This document shows, in pieces, positions 17,685-25,207 of a DNA stretch of 64,000 bases. Source of the stretch: an uncultured Solirubrobacterales bacterium (GTDB lineage: Bacteria; Actinomycetota; Thermoleophilia; Solirubrobacterales; 70-9); assembly GCA_963702575.1 (NCBI GenBank), contig CAVPCU010000008.1, forward strand, positions 16,451 to 80,450, given 5' to 3'. Numbering within the stretch: the first letter of the stretch is position 1; every line of letters starts with the position of its first letter. A program made the translations under genes and the position numbers. The notes beneath the pieces were generated by a model. It saw nothing but the letters and a program-made list of their open reading frames with translations, searched no databases and was not told the DNA's origin.

Positions 17685-18104
17685 TTAGATCTCTCCTTGT
17701 GCGTTGAGCCCCTGCCGGGCCGCTTCCCGGCGGCCTTCGGGCGACTCCGTTTTCCCTGTGGTGTTTCCCTGCCCGTCCTTGGGGGCGGGCGTTAGATCGA
17801 GGCGCAGGGGTTTGCACCCGTGTTTATCGATCCAGCAAGATTAAGACACAGGTGTCTCTGGAAGTCAACCCCAGCCCTTTTCCCCTGGAAATCAGCGGTT
17901 TTTATGAAAGCAGGAAGACGCCAGCGTTTACAGCCAAGCGGGGAAGCAACTGGGTACGTTGCCGTGCTATTTGGAGGCGCTGGTGGCCCTATGAGGCGGG
18001 CGGGTGAGCGGATTCCGGCGCGAGATGGGCTGTTTAGAGGCGGGTGGCACCCCTCCGAGACAAAGGTTGGCGGTGGCCCCTGGGGCAGCCGCTACCCTGT
18101 GAGC

Positions 18105-18335
18105 ATGGCAGCGTCCGTCGACTTCACGATCGCCTTCGACGAGCCCGACGAGGACGGCTGGATCGTCGTCCGAGTGCTGGAGGTGCCCGGCGCGCTGAGC
18201 CAGGGTCGCACCCGGGAAGAGGCCCGGGAGAACGTCCTCGACGCCCTTCGCACGGTGCTGACTCCCGACGAGGAGCTGGCGGGACAGCAGCCCGCGGCCG
18301 GCGTCGAGCACCTGCGTTTCGTCGCCGCCGCGTGA
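18105..18335 (+). CDS. hicB: HicB-family antitoxin-like protein (UPF0150 fold), 76 aa
   Basis: MAASVDFTIAFDEPDEDGWIVVRVLEVPGALSQGRTREEARENVLDAL fits the HicB N-domain pattern (DGW..v.v.e.PG..sqG.T.EEA..n). I chose the internal ATG at 18105 rather than the long track ORF from 17820. Confidence 0.7.
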   Translation: MAASVDFTIAFDEPDEDGWIVVRVLEVPGALSQGRTREEARENVLDALRTVLTPDEELAGQQPAAGVEHLRFVAAA

Positions 18336-18347
18336 AGCGACGGGACT

Positions 18348-18431
18348 GAGCGGCACAAGGAGATCGGCCCGAACCTGGCTCGGTCGATCTGCGAGCAGTT
18401 GGGGGTGCCGGCGCCGGAGGGCGGGAAGTAG
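18348..18431 (+). pseudogene. remnant of a HicA toxin gene (C-terminal ~27 codons only, no start codon)
   Basis: The frame opens right after the hicB stop and reads ERHKEIGPNLARSICEQLGVPAPEGGK*, which resembles the conserved HicA C-terminus (..H.keI....lr.I.kqlGi). There is no ATG/GTG/TTG and no N-terminal dsRBD part. Confidence 0.5.
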
Positions 18432-18602
18432 CCCCGCTGGGTGCCTGGGGCGACGAGAGGTTGGCGATGGTCCTTGTGAGGTCGCCGGGGGTCGAAGGTG
18501 GAAGGGCGGGTGTGTTTGCGAGGCGAGCTGCGCTCGGCCCGCAAACGGGGGCGATTGTGAGCCGCGCTCGCCGTCAACCCGCTCGCGGTGCTCGGGGTCG
18601 AG

Positions 18603-18625
18603 CCGACGCGAGCTCGTCGCGTCGG
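18603..18625 (-). terminator. 9-bp stem / 5-nt loop hairpin downstream of the 18667..18903 gene
   Basis: CCGACGCGA-gctcg-TCGCGTCGG; no U-tract. Confidence 0.25.
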
Positions 18626-18666
18626 TGCTGACAAATGCTGCGCCGCGAGCGAGCGGCGCAAAGGAA

Positions 18667-18903
18667 TCAGATTGCGATGCTTGCTCGCTCGGGCTTGCGG
18701 CGGCGCGGCTTAGCGGTGACGCGCTCGCCGGCCGGCACGTAGTGCTCGAGCTGGATGTCGTGGCCGAGCGCGAACGGAATGCCGTCTTCGGCGAGCTTGA
18801 CGACCTCGTCGTAGGTGTCGCCGGCGGCGTACCAGCGCTCGACGTCGGGCGACTCGGCCCACCAGCCGTCTTGGTGGTGGTAGAGGACTCGGGCGACGTC
18901 CAT
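18667..18903 (-). CDS. HicB-like small protein (78 aa)
   Basis: MDVARVLYHHQDGWWAESPDVERWYAAGDTYDEVVKLAEDGIPFAL matches the HicB_lk_antitox-type pattern (hq..dGw.A..P.l......G.t.dE....a.e.i). No toxin gene is adjacent. Confidence 0.6.
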   Translation of the reverse strand: MDVARVLYHHQDGWWAESPDVERWYAAGDTYDEVVKLAEDGIPFALGHDIQLEHYVPAGERVTAKPRRRKPERASIAI

Positions 18904-18919
18904 AGTCTCAGGGTAGCTT

Positions 18920-18949
18920 GCAAACGACCCGCCTCGGCGGGTCGTTTGC
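18920..18949. promoter_or_regulatory. perfect 14+14-bp palindrome in the divergent promoter region between the HicB-like gene and the TetR gene; candidate operator
   Basis: GCAAACGACCCGCC-tc-GGCGGGTCGTTTGC, 17 nt upstream of the 18903 start and 87 nt upstream of 19036. Confidence 0.35.
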
Positions 18950-19035
18950 TTGCCGGGGTCGGGCTCGGAAGGGCGCTGTGATGTGCGGGGCGTTGGCGGC
19001 GGCTCGAGTGTCAGTCGGCGTGGGGACGCTCTAGA

Positions 19036-20367
19036 GTGGACGCTGATGTTTTTCGATCCGGACGACTACCTGGAGCGCGATCCGTCGACGGCAAGCAAGG
19101 TCGAGGCCCGCGGCTGGTGCGCGAGGCGAGACAGCGGGCCGAGCTCTGCGAGGTGACGGCGCGAATGGCGGCGGAAGTCGGCTTCGAGGCGACCAAGATC
19201 TACCTGGCGGCGCCAAAAGCCGGGCTCGGGCTGGGGACCTACTACAAGCTGTATGAGTCGAAGGAAGCGTGTCTGGCGGAGGCCTTCGAGCGGTGCGCCG
19301 AAGCGATCTTCAGGCGGGTCGAGGAAGCGATGCGTGCCGAGGCGAACTTCGCTCAGCGAGTCGCGGCAGGACTAAGCGAGCTGCTCGACGTCCTGGTCGC
19401 GGAGCCGGACGTGGCGAGGGTCTTGCTGGTCGAGATCCGCGCCGGGGAGGGGGAATGCCGGGATGCGCACGAGCGGTGGCTGGGGAGGTTCGCGAGATTG
19501 CTGGTGGAGGCCGACCGCGGGGACGCCGCGCCCCGCGATGGGTGCCAAGCGCGACTGACGGCCGGGGCGCTGGCAACTCTGCTCGCCGTCGGGCTTCTCG
19601 AAAATGGCGCGGAGGCGCTGCCCGAGATGCTCGAGGAGCTGGTCTACGTGGGCCTGTGGGCCCGCAGCGGGGCAGAGGCCGCGGCTTTCAAGGGTGCAGA
19701 GCAACCTGTCCGGGACACGAAGGGGCCGGCGGCGAGCGCGAGCAAAGGCAAGGCCGCCGCCCGCCGGTCGACCCAGCGCCAGCGGCTGCTCGGCGCGATG
19801 ACCGATGTCGTTGGAGAGAAGGGGTACAAGGCGACGCGAGTGACGGACGTGTTGGAGCGCTCGGCGCTGTCGCGGCCGGTGTTCTACGCGCATTTCGGCA
19901 GCAAAGAGGACTGCCTGCTCGCCGCCTTCGACGCGGCGAGCGAGCCGATCTTGGAGCGGGTGAAGGCGGTGGTGGCGAGCGCGACGACCTCGGCGGGTCG
20001 AGCCGAGGCCGGGCTGCGAGTGCTGGTCGAGACACTCGCTGCGGAACCGGCGATTGCGCGGCTGGCGACGATCGAGATCAGGGCGTCGGGGCCGAGCGGC
20101 GAGGAGCGCTACGGCGAGGCGCTGGCGAGGTTCGCGGATCTGATCGGCGAGCCGGGCGCCGATCGCCAAGGCGGCACGGCGAGCGACATACCGCGAGTGG
20201 TGAGCGCGACGGTGGCGAGCATGATCGCGCGGGAGGTGGGCGAGGGCCGGGGCGAGCGGCTGGAGAGCCTCCTGCCCGAGCTGGTGTTCACGGCGCTGGC
20301 GCCATGCGTCGGAGGGGAGAGGGCGATGGAAGAGGCGCGTGCCATGAGCGGCCCTCAGCCCCGATGA
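19036..20367 (+). CDS. tandem (double) TetR-family transcriptional regulator, 443 aa
   Basis: Two TetR_N-like HTH segments: ARMAAEVGFEATKIYLAAPKAGLGLGTYYKLYESKEACL and DVVGEKGYKATRVTDVLERSALSRPVFYAHFGSKEDCL. Each is followed by a ~150-aa helical region. The start codon is uncertain. Confidence 0.75.
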   Translation: MDADVFRSGRLPGARSVDGKQGRGPRLVREARQRAELCEVTARMAAEVGFEATKIYLAAPKAGLGLGTYYKLYESKEACLAEAFERCAEAIFRRVEEAMRAEANFAQRVAAGLSELLDVLVAEPDVARVLLVEIRAGEGECRDAHERWLGRFARLLVEADRGDAAPRDGCQARLTAGALATLLAVGLLENGAEALPEMLEELVYVGLWARSGAEAAAFKGAEQPVRDTKGPAASASKGKAAARRSTQRQRLLGAMTDVVGEKGYKATRVTDVLERSALSRPVFYAHFGSKEDCLLAAFDAASEPILERVKAVVASATTSAGRAEAGLRVLVETLAAEPAIARLATIEIRASGPSGEERYGEALARFADLIGEPGADRQGGTASDIPRVVSATVASMIAREVGEGRGERLESLLPELVFTALAPCVGGERAMEEARAMSGPQPR

Positions 20368-20930
20368 TCGCTCAACAGCTCCCCGAGGCTGTCCTTGCGC
20401 GGCAGGTGGATCCAGCCCTCCGCGCGAGCCAGCTCGCGGTCCTCAGCCGCCGGCGGCACGGTGAGGCCGAGCGCGGCGGCGCGGGCGATCAGGGCGCAGA
20501 GCACGGCGTCGAGGGCGTCGTCGTTCTCGACGCAGGCCTCGCGCGCGCCCGGCTCCCATTCGAGCCAGGGTGCCTGTAACTCGATCGCCTCGAGCAGCTC
20601 CTCGCGGGCCTCGGCGCTCGCCTTGTAGCCCTCGCGCGGCAGGCCCCAGAGCAGGAGCGCCGCTGCCGGGTAGACCTCGAGCACGCGGTCGCCGCCGGCG
20701 CGGTCGAAGCGGATGCGCGAACGCTCGTAGGCGGTCTCGCGCAGGCCGGCGAGGCGCCAGGCGGTGAGGGCGATGCGATCGGTCGAGGGGCTCAGCGGCC
20801 AGAGCTTCTGCTCGGTCTCGGCCTCGACGTGGTCGTGGACGAAGAGGTCGGTGCGGCGGTAGCGGAACTCGGGCTTGGCGGGCGCCGGCCAGCGGCCCTC
20901 AACGCAGTAGGCGTGCAGCGCCAGGACCAT
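20355..20930 (-). CDS. DUF429-like (predicted RNase-H-fold) protein; N-terminus unresolved
   Basis: The ORF has a plausible composition. In-frame upstream codons read ..ALEWVGIDAPFGWPEA-MVLAL.., the expected N-terminal motif, but no ATG/GTG/TTG precedes it. Either the start is mutated or non-canonical, or the gene is truncated. Confidence 0.5.
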   Translation of the reverse strand: MVLALHAYCVEGRWPAPAKPEFRYRRTDLFVHDHVEAETEQKLWPLSPSTDRIALTAWRLAGLRETAYERSRIRFDRAGGDRVLEVYPAAALLLWGLPREGYKASAEAREELLEAIELQAPWLEWEPGAREACVENDDALDAVLCALIARAAALGLTVPPAAEDRELARAEGWIHLPRKDSLGELLSDHRG

Positions 20931-21022
20931 CGCCTCGGGCCAGCCGAAGGGGGCGTCGATCCCGACCCACTCAAGGGCTCCCCGCAGCGCCCCTCGGCTT
21001 CTGAAAGGTGGTTGGGCGGCGG

Positions 21023-21427
21023 CTACCCGAGCGCCGGGCAGAGGCGTAGGCCGGCGGGGCGCAGGGCGCGGCGAACGCGCTTGTCGAAGGTGGCGACGCT
21101 TGCGTCGCGTGCCACCGCGGTCGCCAGGGCAAAGCCGTCAGCGAGGCTGATGCCCCGGCCGCGGTGACGCGCGGCGTTGCGGGCCATCGTCGCGTCGGGG
21201 GCGGCGAGGCGGATGCCGAGCGCGGCGATCGCGTCGACGGCGGCGCGAAGGCTGCGCTCGTCTTCGGCGGGGCGGACCAGCGCCTCGGCGTAGTTGACCG
21301 TGCAGAGGAGCAGCTCGACCTGTTCGCCGATCAGCTGCTCGAACGCCCTGGCCGCAGCATCATGGTGGGCGTCGGCGCGGTCGAGCGCGGCGATCACCAC
21401 GTCGGTGTCGAGGACGCAGGGACTCAA
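21023..21427 (-). CDS. vapC: PIN-domain toxin VapC
   Basis: MSPCVLDTDVVIAAL... with acidic PIN residues (D7, E, D, and D in the FD motif near the C-terminus). 4-nt overlap with the upstream AbrB-type antitoxin. Confidence 0.85.
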   Translation of the reverse strand: MSPCVLDTDVVIAALDRADAHHDAAARAFEQLIGEQVELLLCTVNYAEALVRPAEDERSLRAAVDAIAALGIRLAAPDATMARNAARHRGRGISLADGFALATAVARDASVATFDKRVRRALRPAGLRLCPALG

Positions 21428-21642
21428 CGACGCTCTTCGGAGCGCAGGTCGTCGAGGTACCCGGGCCCATACAAGCCGTCGAACACCCCCAGCGCGTGGG
21501 TGAGGTCGGGCGCGGCGCGGTGGACGACGATCCGGTCCGGCCCGTCGGCGTCGATCGTCACCTCGTCGCCGGGCCGCAGGCCGGCGGCCTCGAGGCTCTC
21601 GACCGGCAAGGTGACCTGGTGCTTCGAAGAGATGCGCGGCAT
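21424..21642 (-). CDS. vapB: AbrB/SpoVT-family antitoxin (VapB)
   Basis: MPRISSKHQVTLPVESLEAAGLRPGDEVTI is a swapped-hairpin AbrB motif. 72 aa, overlaps vapC. Confidence 0.85.
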   Translation of the reverse strand: MPRISSKHQVTLPVESLEAAGLRPGDEVTIDADGPDRIVVHRAAPDLTHALGVFDGLYGPGYLDDLRSEERR

Positions 21643-21643
21643 A

Positions 21644-21663
21644 CCTTTACTCTAGCGTAAAGG
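21644..21663. promoter_or_regulatory. 7-bp inverted repeat CCTTTAC-n6-GTAAAGG abutting the vapB start; candidate autoregulatory operator
   Basis: Lies 2 nt upstream of the 21642 ATG and overlaps the likely RBS. Confidence 0.3.
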
Positions 21664-21750
21664 CCTTCGCGCTTGGTCATGCAGAGACCGCCTGCGCAGA
21701 GCGGGCCGAGCTCGCCGTCCTCACGTGCAGGGCAGTAGGGCAGTCGATTG

Positions 21751-21787
21751 CGAAATAGTAGTCTCGAGCCTTACGAAATGGTAGTCT
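21751..21787 (+). promoter_or_regulatory. two 14-bp direct repeats (CGAAATaGTAGTCT / CGAAATgGTAGTCT, 23-nt register) just upstream of the ATPase gene start
   Basis: Located at 21751-21764 and 21774-21787; GTG start at 21794. Confidence 0.3.
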
Positions 21788-21793
21788 AAGCAG

Positions 21794-23074
21794 GTGACCG
21801 GCCGGTCCTATGCTCCCCGCGTCGTCGATGCCGAGCTGGACGAGCTGATCGGCTCGGTCGCCGCGCTGGCGATCGAGGGGACCAAAGGCGTGGGCAAGAC
21901 GGCGACGGCCTCGCGACGCGCCGCGAGCCGGCGGGAGCTGGACGATCCGACCCAGCAACGCATCGCGATCGCCGAACCGTCGCGGTTGCTCGACGGTCCG
22001 CGGCCGGTGCTGATCGACGAGTGGCAGCACGTGCCCGAGTCCTGGGACCTGGTGCGCCGCGCGGTCGATGCGGGGGCGGAGCCGGGCAGCTTCCTGCTCA
22101 CCGGCTCCTCGCGTCCGACTGAGCGCGGCTCCCACTCCGGCGCGGCGCGCATCCTCAGCATCCGGATGCGGCCGCTGGCGCTCTCCGAGCGCGGCCTCGC
22201 CGCTCCAACCGTCAGCCTCGCCTCGCTGCTGGGGGGAGGACGGCCGCGGCTCTCCGGGGCCTGTCCGACCCGGCTCGAGGACTACGTCGAGGAGATCGTC
22301 TCCTCCGGCTTCCCGGGCCTTCGCTCATTGCCGGACCGCGCCCGCCGGGGCCATCTGGACGGCTATCTGCGACACATCGTCGACCGCGACTTCGAGGAGC
22401 TCGGGCACAACCTCCGCGACCCCGCCGGGCTGCGCCGCTGGATGGCCGCCTACGCGGCGGCCTCGTCCACCACCGCGTCATTCGAGACGATCCGCGATGC
22501 CGCCACCGGCGGCCACGGCGAGAAGCCGGCCAAGACCACCACCCTCCCCTACCGCGACGTGCTCGAGCGGCTCTGGGTGCTCGACCCGGTGGAGGCCTGG
22601 CTGCCGACCCGCAACCGGATCTCGCGCCTCTCCTCCCCCCCGAAACACCAGCTCGCCGACCCGGCGCTCGCTGCCCGCCTGCTCGGCATCGACGCCGGCG
22701 CGCTGCTCGAGGGCCGCGCCGCCGGGCCTCCGCTTCCCCGCGACGGGACGCTGCTCGGCGCCCTCTTCGAGTCGCTGGTCACCCTCTCCATGCGCACCTA
22801 CGCCCAGGCGGCGGAGGCAAGCGTCAAACACCTGCGCACCGCGGGCGGCCGGCACGAGGTGGATCTGATCGTCGAGCGGGCCGACGGGCGCATCGTCGCG
22901 GTCGAGGTCAAGCTCGCGCGCGACGTGAAGGACCGCGACACCGCGCACCTGCGCTGGCTGGCAGACCGGATAGGCGACGAACTGCTAGATGCGATCGTGA
23001 TCAGCACCGGCGCCGAGGCCTACCGCCGCGCCGACGGGATCGGCGTGGTCCCCGCAGCGCTCCTCGGCCCCTGA
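21794..23074 (+). CDS. P-loop ATPase of the COG1373 type (AAA_14 + DUF4143-like)
   Basis: Walker A EGTKGVGKT; LIDEWQHVPESWDLVRRAVD is the typical family motif. The C-terminal restriction-endonuclease-like tail EVDLIVERADGRIVAVEVK is present. Confidence 0.8.
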   Translation: MTGRSYAPRVVDAELDELIGSVAALAIEGTKGVGKTATASRRAASRRELDDPTQQRIAIAEPSRLLDGPRPVLIDEWQHVPESWDLVRRAVDAGAEPGSFLLTGSSRPTERGSHSGAARILSIRMRPLALSERGLAAPTVSLASLLGGGRPRLSGACPTRLEDYVEEIVSSGFPGLRSLPDRARRGHLDGYLRHIVDRDFEELGHNLRDPAGLRRWMAAYAAASSTTASFETIRDAATGGHGEKPAKTTTLPYRDVLERLWVLDPVEAWLPTRNRISRLSSPPKHQLADPALAARLLGIDAGALLEGRAAGPPLPRDGTLLGALFESLVTLSMRTYAQAAEASVKHLRTAGGRHEVDLIVERADGRIVAVEVKLARDVKDRDTAHLRWLADRIGDELLDAIVISTGAEAYRRADGIGVVPAALLGP

Positions 23075-23128
23075 GAGATGGGATCGCGCTGCCGGAGGCG
23101 CTCGATCGAATACAGCGGCAGCGCTCGC

Positions 23129-23518
23129 TCACCACAGAGTGGGAACTCCGTGAGCGGCGATGCCCGGGTCGCACGTGACCAGCGGCACCCCCTCCACCAT
23201 CGCCTGGGCGACGAGGAGGCGGTCGAAGGGATCGCGTTGCACCTTGCCGCCCAGCTTCACGTAGGGAAGGCGGCGGTAGGCGGCCGCGTGCGCGGTCGAG
23301 ATCGGCAGCAGGGAGAAGCCCTCGGCGAGCAGCTCCTCCGCCCAGCCCTCGGCGGCCTCGAGCTTGCCGAGCGAGGCTTTGATCGAGACCTCGAGCAGGG
23401 TCCCGGCGCTGAAAAGGGGCTCTTCGGCGCCGGCGATGGCCTCGCGAGCGGGGTCGGAGAGACGCGGATCGTCGCCCAGCCACCAGAGGATGGCGTGGGT
23501 GTCGGCGAGCAGCCTCAG
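23129..23518 (-). CDS. PIN-domain toxin (VapC-like) paired with a Phd/YefM antitoxin; start codon unresolved (CTG?)
   Basis: LRLLADTHAILWWLGDDPRLS...DPFDRLLVAQA is the typical COG3744-type PIN. The conserved N-terminus begins at the antitoxin stop (23515-23517), with only CTG codons available (23518, 23512). Confidence 0.7.
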   Translation of the reverse strand: MRLLADTHAILWWLGDDPRLSDPAREAIAGAEEPLFSAGTLLEVSIKASLGKLEAAEGWAEELLAEGFSLLPISTAHAAAYRRLPYVKLGGKVQRDPFDRLLVAQAMVEGVPLVTCDPGIAAHGVPTLW

Positions 23519-23757
23519 TCGCGAACCCCGATGGCCCGGGCTACGTCGTCGGGCCAGGAGTCGAAGTCCTCGGCCACCACGATCCGTCCGGCCAGGGCAC
23601 CGGGCTTGCGTCGGGCGGTGGGAGAGCTGGCCAGCGGGACGAGCTGGACGACCGGCTGCTTGCCGCGCCGCAACTCGACCCTCTCCCCTTCCTCTGCCAG
23701 AGCGATCAGCTTCGAGAGGTTGGTCTTGGCCTCGCCGATGGAGAAGGTGCGGGTCAT
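23515..23757 (-). CDS. Phd/YefM-family antitoxin
   Basis: MTRTFSIGEAKTNLSKLIALAEEGERVELRRGKQPVVQLVPL is the canonical Phd N-terminal pattern. Confidence 0.85.
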   Translation of the reverse strand: MTRTFSIGEAKTNLSKLIALAEEGERVELRRGKQPVVQLVPLASSPTARRKPGALAGRIVVAEDFDSWPDDVARAIGVRD

Positions 23758-23847
23758 GGGGGGAGGGTACCAGCCAGGTTGGCCAGGTTAGCCAACCCCG
23801 CACCCCGCGTCGCCGATCGACTGTCGTGGGTGATAGCATCGTGCATC

Positions 23848-24075
23848 ATGAATCGCCGAACTACGGTCAGCGCCGACGTCGAGGCGCTTGCGACGCTCGA
23901 GGCCGAGGCGCTCAGGCGCGGCGACAGCCTCAGTGCCGTGCTCGCGGAGGCGGTCGAGGAGAAGGCGGTCACGATCAGGCGAGCGCATCGCCCCCGGCTG
24001 GGGCTCGGGCGCTCCACCGACGGCGGCAGCGCAGCTGAGAGCGCCACCGAGCCGGTCGCGCGGCCACCCGCGTAG
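23848..24075 (+). CDS. vapB: ribbon-helix-helix (CopG-like) antitoxin VapB
   Basis: MNRRTTVSADVEALATLEAEALRRGDSLSAVLAEAVEE. The stop TAG is immediately followed by the vapC GTG. Confidence 0.75.
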   Translation: MNRRTTVSADVEALATLEAEALRRGDSLSAVLAEAVEEKAVTIRRAHRPRLGLGRSTDGGSAAESATEPVARPPA

Positions 24076-24492
24076 GTGGCGCTGGTCCTGGACACGAGTG
24101 TGCTGCTTGCGGCGCTCGACGCCGCCGATCCCGATCACGGGCCCTGCGCCGAGCTGATCTCCGGGGCGAGTGAGGATCTGATCGTCCCCGCGCTCGTCCT
24201 GGGCGAGCTCGACTACTGGTGCCACGAGCGACTGACGCCCGATGCCTGGCTCACGTTCCTGGAGGACGTGCTGAGCGGCGCCTACAGCGTGGACAACCCC
24301 ACGCACGGCGACCTGGCCCGCTGCCACGCGCTCCAGCGCACCTACGCCGACCTGAAGGTGGGGGTCGTCGACGCCAGCGTGCTCGCGGTGGTGGAGAGGC
24401 TCGGAGAGCCGAAGCTCGCCACGCTCGACCATCGCCACTTCGGCGTGATGCGGCCGCGTCATGTGGAGGCGCTGGAGCTCCTGCCGAGCTAG
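24076..24492 (+). CDS. vapC: PIN-domain toxin VapC
   Basis: VALVLDTSVLLAALDAADPDH...GELDYW...VGVVDASVLAVVERL...LATLDHRHF. Confidence 0.85.
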   Translation: MALVLDTSVLLAALDAADPDHGPCAELISGASEDLIVPALVLGELDYWCHERLTPDAWLTFLEDVLSGAYSVDNPTHGDLARCHALQRTYADLKVGVVDASVLAVVERLGEPKLATLDHRHFGVMRPRHVEALELLPS

Positions 24493-24548
24493 GCGGCCAA
24501 GGAGGTCCCTGCCTCGGCGTCAACAGGTCCGGCGCTAGACTGAGATCC

Positions 24549-24710
24549 ATGGCAGCGAAGGCGCTCACCGGCTCTATTGAGGAGATGCGGACGGCACGTG
24601 CGCTCCGCCTGGAGGCGGATCGCAATGCCCCGATGAGCGAGCGCCTGGCGCGCGTGCACGCTCTCTGCAAGCAGATGAGCGCGATCAAGGGCGCGGCCAG
24701 GGCACGTTGA
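24549..24710 (+). CDS. small helical protein (53 aa), upstream partner of a minimal nucleotidyltransferase-fold protein
   Basis: MAAKALTGSIEEMRTARALRLEADRNAPMSERLARVHALCKQMSAIKGAARAR. Its TGA overlaps the downstream TTG start (TTGA). Confidence 0.5.
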   Translation: MAAKALTGSIEEMRTARALRLEADRNAPMSERLARVHALCKQMSAIKGAARAR

Positions 24711-25177
24711 CGGAGTTCGACCTTCGTGCGCTGCTGGAGGCGCTGAACCGCAGAGAGGTTCGATTCGTCGTGATCGGAGGGGTTGCGGTCGGCGCACACG
24801 GCTACGTGCGGGGGACCGAGGACCTGGATCTCGTTCCCGATCCCGGCCCGGACAACCTGAAACGCCTGACCCGCGCCCTGGCAGAGCTGGAATCCACCCT
24901 TCCCACGGTCGAGGAAAGGCCCTTCGACCCGGCGACCGACGCAGCCGTGATCCGGCGCGGCGGCAACGTCACCGCGATGACCATGTTCGGAGAACTCGAC
25001 GTGGTTCAACGCGCGCGGGGCGTGCCGAGCTACTCGCAGCTCGAGAAGGACGCGGTGGACAGCGAGCTGCTGGGTGTTCCCGTGCGAGTGTGCTCGCTCA
25101 CCAAGCTGCGCGAGATGAAGGAGGCGCAGGGGCGCGAGCAGGACCGGGCAGACCTGGCCAACCTGCCCGAAGACTGA
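24707..25177 (+). CDS. minimal nucleotidyltransferase-fold protein (156 aa)
   Basis: VRFVVIGGVAVGAHGYVRGTEDLDLV gives a GG...D-x-D NTase signature. The C-terminal tail reads LTKLREMKEAQGREQDRADL. Two paralogs lie at 59447..59875 and 61474..61998. Confidence 0.65.
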   Translation: MTEFDLRALLEALNRREVRFVVIGGVAVGAHGYVRGTEDLDLVPDPGPDNLKRLTRALAELESTLPTVEERPFDPATDAAVIRRGGNVTAMTMFGELDVVQRARGVPSYSQLEKDAVDSELLGVPVRVCSLTKLREMKEAQGREQDRADLANLPED

Positions 25178-25207
25178 CCCGGGTGGCCGGCGCGTGCCGG
25201 CGCCGGC

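Noticed and set aside
17820-18335. The 171-aa version of the HicB ORF starting at 17820, and the 318-aa antisense ORF 17967..18923
   Set aside because: The upstream 95 codons lie in the AT-richer promoter region with non-protein-like sequence, and the HicB homology starts at the internal ATG 18105. The antisense ORF is Ser/Pro/Arg/Ala-rich shadow.
24549-24710. HEPN-like toxin interpretation of the 53-aa partner (it contains RLARVH, formally R-x4-H)
   Set aside because: The protein is far too short for a HEPN fold (>110 aa). The other two partners lack the motif, so the match is probably fortuitous.
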